A stretch of 64,000 nucleotides of DNA from Lama guanicoe (Eukaryota). The position numbers were made by a program, and so were the translations under genes. The DNA is taken from the NCBI GenBank assembly GCA_013239625.1, contig MU053304.1, forward strand, positions 1,860,001 to 1,924,000, in the 5' to 3' direction. This document shows, piece after piece, positions 26,917 to 40,923 of this stretch (its first letter is position 1; each line of letters begins with the position of its first letter). The notes under the pieces are model-generated. The model had not been told where the DNA came from, ran no database searches, and was given only the letters and a program-made list of their open reading frames with translations.

Positions 26917-27309
26917 TGTGTTAGTCTGCGAGGGCTGCCATGACAAAGTGCCCCAGCCGGGATAGCGTACATATTAGACATTTGTTTCTTCCAGTTCTGG
27001 AGGCTGGAAGTCCAAGAGAAAGGTGTTGGCACATTTGGTTTCTGCTGAGACCTCTCTTCTTGGCTCACAGAAGGCCCCCTTCTGGCTGTGTCCTTGGTGG
27101 TGTTTCCTCTGGGCACACACGTCCTGGTGTCTCTTCATTTTCTTACAGGGACACCAGTCCTTCTGGATTAGGGCCCCACTCTAACAATCTCATTTTTAAC
27201 TTCATCACTTCTTTGAAGACCTTGTCTCTAAATGCAGTTACATTCCGAGGAGCTGGGGATTGGGACTTCAGCGTATGAATTTGAGGGGAACACAATTCAG
27301 CCTGTAACA
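26917..27309. mobile_element. MaLR solo LTR (MLT1A/B-like)
   Basis: TG...CA termini, 5-bp TSD cttct, ccagttctggaggctggaagtccaag motif. Confidence 0.85.
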
Positions 27310-29538
27310 CTTCTCAAGGGACCATGTCCCGTTGTCGTTCAAGGCTGGTGTTTCTCCCAAGATTATGCAGGGATCTTTGCTGGGGAAGCTAAAGGGAACA
27401 GTATGTGTCTACAGAAGACACCAAGCACCCAGCTCCGTACGGAGATGTTTCTGCCTCGATTCTGTGCCTCATTTCATCACACACAGTGAGGTGATAGACA
27501 TAAGCCCCTTTTGAAAGGGATGCTGATGGCTGAAACTCAACGGATGATGTTTAATTGCTTGGGTTAAGGAGACTCAATGGTGAGGCCAATGTGTGGACTG
27601 TAGTGTTATCCATAGTTATAATTCCGATGTGAAAACTTGAGCCAAAAAGATACATGAAAAATATTAAATGTAATGGTAATATCTGGTTTTGCTCAACCCT
27701 TCCTGTTGACAGTTCCTTAATTGCTTTTATATTTATTCCTTTTCTATTATTTCCTATTCGTGTGCATCTCTTGGGATCAGTGCCCTTCTCATGCCCCCGT
27801 CCAGGCCCAGGAGGGGTTGGTGAGCCTGTTTTTCAGCAACAACCACAGCAGAATGTGTGCCTGTCCAAGTCACGTTAGTTCAGAATGAAGTTCCAGCGAG
27901 TTCCGTATTAGCTCCATTAATCTGCTTTCTTACTTGTGAAGAGACCTCACCCTGGTGATTTTTCTCTTCCTCTCAGCTTCCAAATAATAAATATACCCTT
28001 AGAGACTTGATCTCCCAAGGTTTTTCCTTTGTTCAGAAACAATGGTAAAGATGGAATAGCAGTGTGGGCGGAGAATGACCCACGGGAGGAGAGGCTAGAA
28101 AAGAAAGTTAATTCACTTATCCATCAACTCATTGCCGTGGAATCACGCGTTCTTAGAACTCAGAATAATGTTGACGTTGGCCGACATATTTAAGTGTTTA
28201 CTCAGTACCTAGAGCTCTGCTAAATGCCTCTTAGGCATTCTCTTACACAATCCCAATCAACCTTATGAGTTAAGTCCTGGGATTAGCTACATTTAAAGGC
28301 TTTAGAGACGTAGGAAACTTGCCTTGCTTTATACAGCTGGAAAGGAACAGGGGCAGGACTTGAGCCCAAAACAGACAGATTTCAAAACCTGAGCCACTTT
28401 TCTTGGTTCAAACCTGGCTCTACTGTTTCAGACCAGATTAACCTGTCAAATGCAGAACAGGCAAACATCCAGCAGTACTGCTGTCATTGCTGAGAAACCT
28501 GCATGACAGGCCCCCTAGTGATTAGACTGCTGGGAAGGAACTTTGTTAATTGCTAGTAACCAGTGTAAAATTATTATCAATAATTCCCATTCCTACTTTC
28601 ATATTACATTTTCTTCAAAGATGCTGAAGGAGAAGGTAGGTTTTACAGTGTCCCATGTTTGAAATCATCCACAGGTCGTGTCCCCATTCATTCATCTTTC
28701 TGTTCATTCAGTGAAATATGTGCAGATGCTCTGTGAACAGTCTACCCCTGTTTCAGTCGTCCCTCTTAGCAGACTGTCCACGTCCACACGTCCACCAGCT
28801 GTGACCTCCAGGCCTTCAAAGACCTGGGGCGGTTTTCTTCCACTGGGCACCCTTGAGGCTTTGATGGTGTCCTGGTGGTCTGCCCTTTGAGTGAGCACGA
28901 ATTAGGCTTGTCCGTTGTGAGTGACTTCACGCTGAAAACCAAGTCGTTGAAATCATGGGACCCTCCAAATGCTGTGTGGACAGATCCAGAAATGATCAAA
29001 TTGCTCAATTCTGAGTAATGTTATTGCAAGACAGGGTATAGGAAGTTCATCTTTTTTTTTTAACTTATTTTAGCTAATCTCAAAGTCATTCTGATATTTA
29101 TTTTGATTAAAACTTGTGGGAAAAAGATTTACATATATTTATATGTATATGAAATACTGATTAGGTAGAAATTCTCTAAATTTGATATCAGCCTGTTGTG
29201 ACTAAGGATGCTGTTGTCGCCACTAGTAGTGTCTTAATTATGAAAACTCACAGTTGTGTGGTTCATTACAGAGCCAATCAGAGGTGCACCTTTTCCCCTC
29301 ATTATAATTAATCTTATGTCATGCCAATCAACTTCAGGGGTCAGAGACCTTTCTTAAATGGTTAATGGACATTTAAACCTTCTTTCCTTTTTTCCCAAGG
29401 TATTTTTAAAAAGCTCTGATTTTATTTGCTTTTCTTAAAAAGTATGTTTTGAGTCTTCAAGATGAGAACATTTGGGATTTTCAGAACAGTAGGAAAAAAG
29501 GAGTTTGGGACTCGAACTGTGACCTAACAATGTTGAGA

Positions 29539-29616
29539 AGTATTTCTACAAAAGTGAAATTTCCAGATAAATGTAGTGAGTATTTCTACAAAGTTGAAAT
29601 TTCCAGATAAATGAAG
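29539..29616. repeat. 40-bp tandem duplication
   Basis: agtatttctacaaa(ag/gt)tgaaatttccagataaatg twice with period 40. Confidence 0.9.
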
Positions 29617-32600
29617 CTCCTTCATAGGCAAAGCTCTCTTTGTTAGTACCCATTTCTAAATTGTGTCCCACACTTTCTAGCCATTGTGTAAATAGTGGAT
29701 AATGTGAGGAAAATGTCAGTGTTGTGAAGGTAAAATCTCAGGCTCTGGAGCAAGACCTGAGTTCAGATTTTGCTTTACCATCTTTGGTGGTGTTCCTCAG
29801 CACGTTGTCAAAACACGGACCTCAGTCAGTAAAATGAGGAGAATGTTAGTGTCTCTCTTGTAGGTACCCTTGAGGATGAAGTGAATTAATCGATGTCAAG
29901 AGCCTGGTACACACTAAGCACACAGTAAATGTTAGCTGTTCACTGTGTAAGTTATGTTTGGTTTCTATTGTGAACGTAAGTCAGGTACTGTGCTCTGCTC
30001 TGATGCTCTGATGCAGTAGGACTCTCTTTGATGCTCACAAGACACCCAGCTTTTCCTTCATTCTCCTGATTGCTTTGGATGCTTTTCTCCCCTGCCTGTC
30101 AGCTGTGTTTGTTACCCCTTCGGTCATTGATTCGTTCCATGGTGGTTAAGAGGGTGCATTTTGAGAATGAGAGACCTGGCTTCTACTTCTGGCTTTATCA
30201 CTCCCCAACTCGGAGACCTTGGGCAAGTTATTTCACTTCTCTGGGTCTCAGTGCTGTTTGCTGTGAATTGGGCTAATTGTGACATTCTTGGAGGAAAACT
30301 ATGTGAGATTCTTGACATGGTGTTTGGCATGAAATAATGAGAGCGTTATTACTCAATTATTATTTATGCATAGTTGCCTTGGAAAGATCCTGAATGTAGT
30401 ATCTTGCGCTTTTAATGCAGAATAAAGTTTGTAAATATAGTTTTATATATATATATATATATATTTTTTTTCCTTTACCTCTTCTGGTTCTAAGCTGATG
30501 CAACCAGATATTTTACTTACATGTGAAGAGGCTATTAGCATGCATTCATGCATTTCTGGTATTCTATGAAATAGTATAATGAAATAATACATGTAAAAAT
30601 AATCAGGCTGGAAATAACTGAGGTAATTTTATATCCCCTATTATTTAATTATTTTAAAATACAGAACGAGCCATTTACCATGGGCTGTGGTACTTTAAAT
30701 AAGAGTTCCCGATACCTGAACGTGACTCTCTGAATTCTGCTGTTTTCCTTTGCAGTCATTTGTAAGGACTGGTTCTCCCAGTGCACCATGTGTGTTGGAA
30801 GAACATACGGAACATAGTTTAGCCTTTTTGTTGACTCAAGGGTGTTATTTTGAGCACTGATTGTGGATCGTTCAGTAACTACAACCATCTCCAAGTGATC
30901 AGAAGGCGTGGGAGGTTGCCAGTCCACCCAGTGGCCTCTGACGGTCAACGTGTTGATTCTGTGTCTCTCTGTTTTATATAGTTTCCTGCTGTTTCTCACC
31001 CTCGGGGTCACTCCATGCTTATGTCAGTGACCCAGCATATAGTTGCAACTTCTCTTTGTAATTTACTTTGTGTTATATAACTAGATAACAATTTTTGGTA
31101 GGTTTGTCTTCAAAATGTGAATAAAACATTCTAATCAAAAGCTTTGTGAAAGTAATGTATGGTTGTTCAGTAAGTTTAAAATTTGTTAGGATTTTCAGTT
31201 ATGCTTAATGGTGTATATTGGGAAGGTGAATTAATATACAAAAATTTGATTGGACTGTGAGGCTAAATTGAGGTGTTAAAAGAACAACACAAAGGAATTT
31301 AAAAGGGGAATATCATTTCACGTGGGTGGTGTGACGGTTCCTGAATTGGCATACCTACAGATTACTAAATTAACCAAATTTACTAAATTTGTTAACTGTA
31401 GTCTACAAATAGAATATGAAATATTCAACGTAAGGATTTGAAAAGCCACTGGAGCTTGATGCTGGGTTGAAGAACTCAGCCTTGTGCAGTCAGAATTCCA
31501 GGAGGTCGACACGTGTCCCGTTTTGGTCACTCAGGCACCAGCTTAGTGATGCTAATACTTGAGTTACACTTTCACACTATGTGCGGGTCCTTGGAAATGG
31601 GTCTTTATGAAGACAACAGAGGTTGAGTTGAGACTTACTGAGCTGCTGACATTCTGGAATCACATATAAAAACCCACATTAAAAAATATTTGGCGTAGCT
31701 CCCTTTCTTATTACTGTATTTTTCACAGGGAGGAATTGGTGAGAACTGTTGCTAAAGTGAATTGTTTTGGCTTCATGTTGTCTTCTTTCTAGACAGAAAA
31801 CAGTTTCTTCTTTGGGGCTTTCACACCATGTAGCTTGTTGCATAACACCACTAAATATTTCCACCCACCTCCAGAAAGTCTGGAACTTTGGATCCACTCT
31901 TCCTGGCCAGTAGAATATGTGATTAAAAAACTAGAGTTGTCATGATTTTCGCCTGTATTTTTATCCCTAGTCGAATGCAGGGTTGGTGGGCTCTGACGGT
32001 CATCGGGCGCAGCCCTGCCTTCATGCAGGAAAAGCGGGGTTATCTTCATCGGACAGACACAGAAACCAAAGCTGGGGAGTCAGGTGACTCGTCCAAGACC
32101 AGACGACTGGGGACTGGCTTTCTGATTGAGGACCTTTTTTTATCTTAACAACACATTCTTTTTCTCTGGCTTCTTCGTGAAGTACAGAAATAAATTACTT
32201 AAAATATTAGAAAAACAAATTCAAACTGTTTTTGGTAAAAAATTAGAATATGAAGGGCTGCAGCTATTGTGTGTGGTGGGTCTGTCTTTAGCCTCCCTTT
32301 TCAGACGGCTGGGAGTTGCTGAGAACAGTTGTATCGAAGCAAAACTAATTTTAAAAATAATTAATTTTTCATTATCTAAATTATGAGAACTTATTTGGCG
32401 TAACAGTCACAGGTGACAACGTTTTAATTCAAATGAGAAGCAAATCAGTATTTTAAATCATTCTATATAATGAGCTTGCAATTATTTGAATAAATTGGAT
32501 CTAAATCCTGGAAACGATAACTGTGTCATAATCTCTATTCTAGAATGCAAATTTATTGTCATAGAATCCAGAGACGGAGCTCTTTCTTTTTTTTCTTTTT

Positions 32601-34808
32601 AAATGTCACCATTCTCTGTACCCTGATTTTTGTCATAAAGCTACTGTTGAGCTTCAGTAATTAAGATCAAGTGGGATAAAGGATGTCCTATTTACTGCAT
32701 TTGATTTGTGTCTTTTGAAATTAGTATGAGGTTGAAACACCTGCTTTTCGTTTTTTTAGTATCTCTGTGGTGGATGTGCTCTGGTGTCGGCAAACACCAG
32801 GCGTATTTGGGGCCTTTCCACGGCAGGTTGTCACGCTGGGGCTAGAGCCACCTGCAGCAGACGCTCCCACCTACAGAGCCCCACCGGAGTCCTCCGCCCA
32901 GGGAGCAGGCTGAGCCGCGTGTCCAGGCGAGCGTGATGACTTAAGGTGCATCGGCAATGCTCGCTTGGTTCTGGCATCACCCCAGGACATGAGAGATTAA
33001 TAGCGTTGTAGATGGCAGACCTTCCAAGGGCTTCGACTTTGTCTAGAGTCTAGACGCCCAGAGAGGGGGATGGCTCCGTAAGTGGATGGAGCCTGCCAGA
33101 ATCTATTCTTCCTTGTACAGTAGCGTTTCTGGGCACAGACAAGGGAGAGAGGGACACACCCTCTCCATGAGTGTGTTTTCGGGGAGGTCTGTGAGTTGGC
33201 GGACATGATAGGTAATGTGTGCTCTCATTTTGATACCAGCACCCTGGATCGCAGATGCCCACTTTATAATTGAGCATCACTGCAAGAATCAGGGCTTGGC
33301 AATGAGACAAAGAAAGCAGTAATAAATAAATGATGCATTTGTTTCAAATAAGGGTCAAAAGTTACCATGGCATCACATGACAAAGGTTTTAAGGAATGAG
33401 GAAAGGATACAGGAGGATTTAGCACCACATGGCCCTCCTGGCCCCAGTAAGTAGCCCGTGGTGGCCCATGGAAGTAGCACAGGCGGGCAAGTTCAAGAGA
33501 ACCTTCATGGGGCATGGTCACCTCATGAAGAGCAAAACAATATTCTCTGCTACATTAGATTAATTTACATTTGACTAGTTTTGTCATTTTTGATAAAGTG
33601 TTGTATTTTCATTGTGTATTTTTTGTATCATTTTGAGCAACAATTTCAATTTCAGTTTCAACTTAGATCAACTGAGTGTCTGTGCTCCTTGTTCGCCAGT
33701 AACGGGGGCCCTTTATTTTTCAAGTTTCATACAATTCTCTGCTCCGGGCAGGGCCGGACTCTCAGAAACCCGGACTCTTTGCTGGATCTCACTTACCCCT
33801 CTTCCTGTGGATGCATTGCAGTGACTTGAGAGAGGCGTTCCTTTTCGGCCACCAGGATCCTAGAGAAGGGATGCTCACTGAAAAAACCCTGTGTTTTGTC
33901 CTCTAGAGAACAATTCTGAACCCTCACGTTGGACCGCTTGGGAAACACACCTCAGAGTGGGGAAATGTCGCCCAAAGTCCTGCTTTATTGAAGATTAGGG
34001 ATGTCAGCCCCCTGCTCTCCTTTCCTGCTTGTTTGAAACCCTTTCCCAGGTTCAGAACTGAGTGACAGATGAGGTGATGTTGCAGGCTGGGGACGAGGAG
34101 CCGATGGCGGAACATGACCGAGTAAAGAAGCCATCTTGGCCTCCAGCTTCACCTACTGTGGCTTCGCAAACCAGCCTCCAAGGGCCCGTTAAAAAAGTAC
34201 CATCCTCAGAACAGGCTGCCATTTTCTGGGAATGTTTCTGAGGCGTCCATCCTGCTGTAAAAAGCATCAGCTCTGCTGATGTTCATGAGAAATTTAAAAA
34301 TCAAGACAGTTTGCAGAAAGGGGAGCATAAGGTTGTGAGAGGGGTTAGAAGACAGAATTTGAAATCTGGGTCCAAGGAATGACCAACACGTGGTGCCTCT
34401 CCAGACTGTTTCAGACGAAGTTGGGAGATTCCTATATGTCGATCCAAGGATAGGACTTTGGGGTCAGCGTGACTCTGGTCCTGATTATACAGAATGTTGG
34501 ACTTCAGGTGACTGTATCTTGGGTCATGTGCGGTAAATACAACTTCATAATAAAGTCATACTACACTGTACATTTGATTTCCCCGATGAGCCAGGAGGAG
34601 AGTGGGGATTGTTCCCTTGATTTTCTGTATGAGGGAACTGCAGTTCAGAACTTATGTTCAGTCAGGAGGGGTGGTGGGGCTGGTACCCGGGCCCAAGAGT
34701 CCAGGTTCTTAGTTCTGTTCTTTGCCTGGTCCTTTAGCTTAGAGATAACCCTGGGCTAGCCCCAGAAAAACTACAAGGAAGTCTTTTGGGTCCACAGACC
34801 TACCTCTT

Positions 34809-35093
34809 TTTAAAAATTTTTTTAAATCATTTTTTTATTGAAGTATAGTTAGTTTCCAATGTGTCAGTTTCTGGTGTACAGCATAATGTTTCATTCATAC
34901 ATATACATAGATTCATTTTCATATTCTTTTTCATTATAGGTTACAACAAGATATTGAATATAGTTCCCTGTGCTATACAGAAGAAACGTGTTATCTATTT
35001 TATATATAGTAGTTAACATTTGCAAATCTTGAGCTCCCAATTTATCCCTTCCCACCCCTTTTCCCCCTGGTAACCATAAATTTGTTTACTATG
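34809..35093 (-). mobile_element. L1 3' end
   Basis: Perfect 16-bp TSD cacagacctacctctt (34793-34808 and 35094-35109). Confidence 0.92.
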
Positions 35094-35561
35094 CACAGAC
35101 CTACCTCTTGCCCCAAGAAATTGTGACTCTGCTAGTGAAATGTCCTGCAGGAGGGTCTCGAAGGTGGTTAGGAAAGAGGGCAGAGATAGGGCTGGTGTAG
35201 CCTGACTGTCGATCTGGCCTCACTGGCTCCCAGGGGACTCAGGAGAAGCTGGATAGGTTGAGGAAAACTTGAACATTCCATCTAGTTGTGTTTCATTTTT
35301 TTTTTCTGCTGTATCCCCAGTTCCCAGATACTCATCTTCAAGTGTAAATCTCAAGCTCCTTTTAGTGCTAGATGTAAAATTATTTTTGCTTTCCTCCTGG
35401 CTGGCTTTGTCTAGGCCATTAAGTCCTCCATTAGTGTGTATGATTAGGAACTGAAGGGTCAGCAGTTGTGAAGAGTGGCTGAAACGAAGATTGATGATCT
35501 TTGGACTTAATAGTAGACGTAGTCATTTGTTTCTTTTGTGGGTTGGAAGGTGGGATTTAGA

Positions 35562-35659
35562 TTTCTTTCTTTCTTTTTTTTTAATGGAGGTACTGGGGAT
35601 TGAACCCAGGACCTTGTGCATGCTAGGCACACACACTACCACTGAGCTCTACCCTCCCC
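35562..35659 (-). mobile_element. Vic-1-like SINE (short form)
   Basis: tRNA-like head adjoining a poly(T) tail. Confidence 0.88.
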
Positions 35660-36630
35660 TTGGCCATTTGTTTCTGAACATGTGCTTGGATTCACCTGGC
35701 TCAAACTGTCCTTCCCGAAAGGTGAATGATTAAAGGGGAAAAAAAATCCAGAAAACTTAGTAGCATTTAATTTTTTTCAGGAAGGCAAAAATATAGTAAA
35801 AACAACCTGGGTTTGATTTGTCACTGTGTCATATGTTATGTTTGTGGTGTGTGTTCATGGCTCTTGAGTCTTAAGATTTCTTGCCTACAAACTGGCGTTG
35901 ATAACACTTGCCTAACAGGATCACTTTGAGGTTTAGAAATGGTGTTCGTAACGGATTAGAACGCTGCTACAGAATGCTCGCTCAGCGTATGAGAACTTTT
36001 ATCATCAGCTTTATTTTCTATGCAATATACTGAATGTGCACGTCTCCTAAATTGAGGGTGATGTGACTATAATTTAGGAGAACTGCCTCTTTGGCAGTCA
36101 TATATTTGCATGCTTGATTTTGCTTTTTACAATAGTACGCACTGATTGCCAAACTACTAAAAATGCAACTGTAGTCATTGCTAATGCTGTTTGGATTTTA
36201 TTTCTTCTCTTTACCAACAAAACTTCTGTTTTTGGAAGCAACATTTATAGAACAAACTGGCTATTAATCTATATTATAGTCAGCAAAATTAGATTTTTTA
36301 ATGGCTTTGTACGCCAAAAATCCTCCCTGCTGAGCTGGAGACAATAAAGATACTGGTAACCGGACCTCACATCAGACATTTTGTGATGCAAACGTAATGA
36401 GGACACAGATGTGACTGAATTTTAAATAGAGCTGAGTCATTGTTTTATTGTATAGCAGGTTACTTGCACTTTGTCTAAAATATGCAAATATGTACTTGGA
36501 TCAAAATAATTTTGTATATTGGACTAGGTTCTTGTGTTATAACACATAGTAATATAGCTGGGGCTGCCATTTTAAGATTTCATATTAATTCACCCAGTTC
36601 TCCTTTGTGAATGAAAAGTATTGCCAGTCA

Positions 36631-37134
36631 TATCAGTAAACAAAGGATGCTGTGGCCATCAAGTCATCGGCTACTACCATACCACCTCCCCGACCCCTGC
36701 ATCCCCAACAGTGAGCAGAGGGAACTCATGATGTTGACAAGCAGGCAGCCTGGCTTCTGCAGCCACCCCCAGTGGTGCCCCCTGAGGGGACTCAGGATAT
36801 GGAAGAGGAGGATCCTGGCCCTAGATGGCCAGGTGCATATCAAAGGAATGATTTCAGTGAGCCTAGATCTTTGCACCTTCCTGTACTTAGAAAAGCGCTA
36901 AAGTCCTTAACCTGAGATAGCTGGTTTTCTTTAATTAACAGTAATATTTGGATGTTCTGACCATCTGGTCTTTTGTTGCAAACACTCCTATATATCCTGG
37001 CTTCTACCTTGCCACTTCGGAAGAGTCTCTTAGAGCCATCTGAGAGGCTGTCACCCAGGCTTGAGTCCTCAGGGAATCTGCCAAATAAAACATAACTCTC
37101 CACTTTCAGGTTGTGCATTGTATTTCAGTCGACA
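36631..37134 (+). mobile_element. ERV solo LTR retaining U5
   Basis: ccctgaggggactc, TATA-like ctatatat, AATAAA at 37084, then U5 ending tttcagtcgaca. 5' boundary approximate; no TSD recognised. Confidence 0.75.
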
Positions 37135-37568
37135 CCTTCCATATACGTATAGATGTGATAAAATAGTTCACAGAGTTATTCACAGGATCTGGAGGTTTGC
37201 ACAAAGGATCAAACATAACTGGTTTGGAAGTTGTCGTTCCTGATTTTGGTCAAAATGGAAGCTGAGCTGAGCACGTTGGTGCTGGCCACCCCCATCCCCA
37301 GGCCATTCCCTGCACAGTGCAAAGGAGAGTGAGCCCAGAAGGTTTCAGGCAGTGCTGGGCCCACAGCTGGGTTGCTGGGACTGCAGCTGTCTCAGTGGAC
37401 ACCCCTCATGGACAGCCAGCTCATCCCCAGTCTAATCTGCTGACGCTTTGCACCCAGAGCCCTCTTCTCCCTGACCTGAGGTGCCCTCGCTGGCAGTAGC
37501 TGGCCCTATCACATACCTCTTCCTTTAGAGTGCATTGCTCTCTGGGACATTGGAAAAAATTGATTTAT

Positions 37569-37953
37569 CCAGAAAGAGAAAGAAAAATATCACACAACAG
37601 CACTTAAGCACTTATATGTGGAATCTAAAAAAATGGGACAAATGAACTTATTTACGAAATAGAAATAGGCTCACGGACATAGAAAACAAACTTGTGGTTA
37701 CCAGGGGAAAAGGGGGTGGGGAAGGATAAATTGCGAGTTTGGGATTTCCAGATACTAACTACTATATATAAAATAGATAAACAGCAAGGTCCTACTGTAT
37801 AGCACAGGGGACTGTATTTCAATACCTTGTAATAGCCTATAATGAAAAAGAATATGAAAAGGAATATATATATATATAAAACTGAATCATTATGCTGTAT
37901 GCCAGAAATTAACACAACATTGTAAATCGATACTTCAATAAAAAATTAAAAAA
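37569..37953 (+). mobile_element. L1 3' end (sense)
   Basis: cttatatgtggaatctaaaaa...gtatagcacaggg...tacttcaataaaaa. Confidence 0.9.
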
Positions 37954-38448
37954 TTATTTTTTTATTGAGGTATAATTGACATATAACATTACATTAGTTT
38001 AAAGTATACAACATAATTTGACTGTTGTATACTCTGTGAGATGATCACCACAAAAAGTCTAGTTTACATCCATCACCATAATTAGCTACAAAAATGCTTT
38101 TTTTCCTTATGAGAAGAACTTTTAAGATTTACTCTCTTAGCAACTTTCAAATATGAAATACAGCCTTATTAACCACAGTTCCCGTCCCCAGGTCTTAGTT
38201 CCTTTGTAACTGGAAATTTGTACCTTTTGACTCTCTTCATTCATTTCGTCCACCCCTCCCCTTTGACAGCCACCAATCTGTTCTCTCTACCTATGAGCTT
38301 GTTTTTTTTTTTAAGATTCCACATAGAATTGAGAACATATATTTGTCTTTCTCTGTCTTATTTCACTTAGCATAATGCTCTCGAGGTCCATCCATATTGT
38401 TTCAAATGACAAGGGTTCATTCTTTTTTATGGCTGAATAGTATTCCAC
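37954..38448 (-). mobile_element. L1 3' end (antisense, different subfamily)
   Basis: ttattgaggtataattgac...gattccacat...ttcattcttttttatggctgaatagtattcca. Confidence 0.88.
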
Positions 38449-38963
38449 CATGCTCTGTCACTTAGGGACCCTGTGAACTCATGTGACCTCATAGGACCTT
38501 GGTTTGTTTCTCCCTAGAGTGAGGATGAAGCCTTGTTGTTTGCCTGCCTCTCGGGCTGGCTGAGGGATCTCTCAGAGCTGTGTCAATTGCATGCATTGTC
38601 AACCCGCTGATTTCAGTTGTTGACCAGTAAGCTTGTTCTCTCTGTGGTCTCCATCCTGTTCTGCTGAAATTTCAGCTATTTGGCTTTCTTAGGAGATGAA
38701 GACGAGTAGACAGTGGAGCATCCAGATTGTGGAGCTTCCTACAATTTTAAGTGGCAGAACTTTGAAAATTTACTTTTTATGAAAGTCATTTATAAAGTGA
38801 CACATGTGATGAGGAATTTTGATGTATTAGCTCACAGCAACGTTCTGATATAAACCAGAGGTTCCCAAATTTTCTTGGGTCATGGTGGTTTTAGCATCAC
38901 AGTAAATTTTTTTACATTGCCTTAGGCCAAAAGAAATAGCTAATGTTTTTGTTTATGAAATAA

Positions 38964-39307
38964 TGGTAAAGAAAAACCAGAGCTGGACAGTAGGGAAAGT
39001 GGTAAGAACAGATTTTCTTCAGGACGGTTGCAATAGGGGGAAAGAGACTTCAGCATAGAACCAGGCTCAGTGGTCAATACAGCGCAGGCAAGTGGGAATT
39101 TTTAGCAGAGAACAGAATGGGGGTCAGTGGGTAGCACATTACTAAGAAGAAGTGTCAAGAGTGAGGGAAGATTCTGGCTAAACTGACTAATAGGATTCTT
39201 GCTAAAATTGGTCAAAGAAGAAACAAACATGGAAGATCAAAAGTCAAGACCTAGTTGAAAAACTGAAGGAAGCTTAACAAGGTTTGGTCAAAGAGAGAAG
39301 TCTGCAT
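38964..39307. mobile_element. ERV1 LTR (MER93-like)
   Basis: aaagaaaaaccagagctggacagtag...ttgcaatagggggaaagagacttcagcatagaac...ggattcttgctaaaa. Confidence 0.65.
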
Positions 39308-39405
39308 TGGTAGCTAGGTCCCAAACTTCATCCTAACAACTTTGTAGCTGTTTGAAAAAATAACGCACATAGATTGAAAGAAAAATAATAACTTTTATCT
39401 CATTC

Positions 39406-39492
39406 TTTTTTTTTTTAAATGGAGGTGCTGGGGATTGAGCCCACGGCCTTGTGCATGCCAAGCACCCAGTCTACCACTGAGCTATACCCTCC
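39406..39492 (-). mobile_element. Vic-1-like SINE (short form)
   Basis: tRNA-like head; approximate TSD tctcat(t)ctt. Confidence 0.88.
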
Positions 39493-40923
39493 TCTCATCT
39501 TAGTCTTAAATACCCACAGCTACATACTCCTGGGGACATGTGCCTGTGGGTACTACACAGCTTCTCAGGCTGATCACAGCCACCCTCATTTCCGGTTCAT
39601 GTCGACTTTCCTAGAGTATTTGCTTTTTATCACAGCAATTTCTGAAACCCCAGCTTTGGCAAGATAGGACATCATCAAAAGACATGTAGTGGGATCTAAC
39701 ACTGGAACTATGCACCACCTCTAGCTGGTAATTCTTGATGTCTGGCAGATGTTGTGTATGCTGTGTTTCCCTTGGAAATTAAAAAAAAGAAATCTGTACA
39801 ATCCTTGGTGCCTTCACTGTAGTGCTCCACAATGCTTTGGCACCCGGTTTGGGAACTGTGGATGTAAGCAGCATATGCATTGCTCTTGCCATTAGACAGG
39901 TGTGGAAGCATCTCAGGGTTGCCCAAGGTGCACGAGTGTCATGAAAGTTCCCCAGCCTGGGACCCAGTCCTGGTGAGTGGTCTTCCAGCACGCTGTGGGC
40001 GGTCATGGAAATGATGCCCTGTGCTTGGCCATGTGGAGCTGTGGGAATCCCTTTATGGTGTTCTCCAGGACCCTGGGCCACCCTCAGGAGCATCAGCTAC
40101 AGATCCCCTCCTGGATGGTGTGGAAGATGGGACTGTCCTCAGTGTAGATCTCCATCATGCAGGGAGAACAGATGTCTTTCTGAATAATATTCTTCTAAGT
40201 GAATTTACTGCTTTTCAGGAAACCACTCTCTTTTCAGGGTTCACTGACTTTGAGGCTATTTCGAGTGTTTCTTATCAAATTCTGCAACATGACACAGCGG
40301 ACCACAAATACTGCCTTTTCCGTACAATTCACACTCTTCACGATAAAGGGCACAAGTCCTTCTTTTGTTGATTTTCGGACCTGCCCTTGGGTGTCCTGAG
40401 TGTGGCTCATTCCAAAGTCTGAGGACTTTTCATCATCAAAGCAAATGGCATCAGGTTAGTTTTAATATTTTCACTCTGAACAGAACCGGAGACACAAAGT
40501 TAGAAGAATCATCTCTACGATTATGCAGTTACTGTAATTCCTACTATGGTTTTTCACAAGATGGATTGATTTTTCTCATGAGATTTCTGATGTGATAAAA
40601 TTTCATGTTCAGAATATTTCTAGTTGTTGTTGAATCGGTGGTATAATTCTAGGGAAGAAGATAGTAAAAATATTTCCAGACATGACTTCTGTCATGTTGA
40701 GGAAGCTCTACAATCATTTAGCTTTTCTTTTTTTTTTAAATTAAAGCTATAAAAAGTGGATTGTATAATCCATACAAGAAAATTGTCTTTGTCTTTTCTT
40801 GCATTCGGTAACACATAGAAGCAGTGACGTGTGACAGTGTTGGTGCTTCGGTAGTGTTTATCATCTGTGTCCCTCTGCCAGCACTGCGGGAGCGGAGGCT
40901 CTGCATGTTCCCAGGGTCCAGTG

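Larger units (their letters stand above)
38856..39861. mobile_element. hAT-Charlie-type DNA transposon containing an LTR and a SINE
   Basis: Terminal inverted repeats cagaggttcccaaa / tttgggaactgtgg; degenerate 8-bp TSD atataaac / atgtaagc. Confidence 0.65.
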
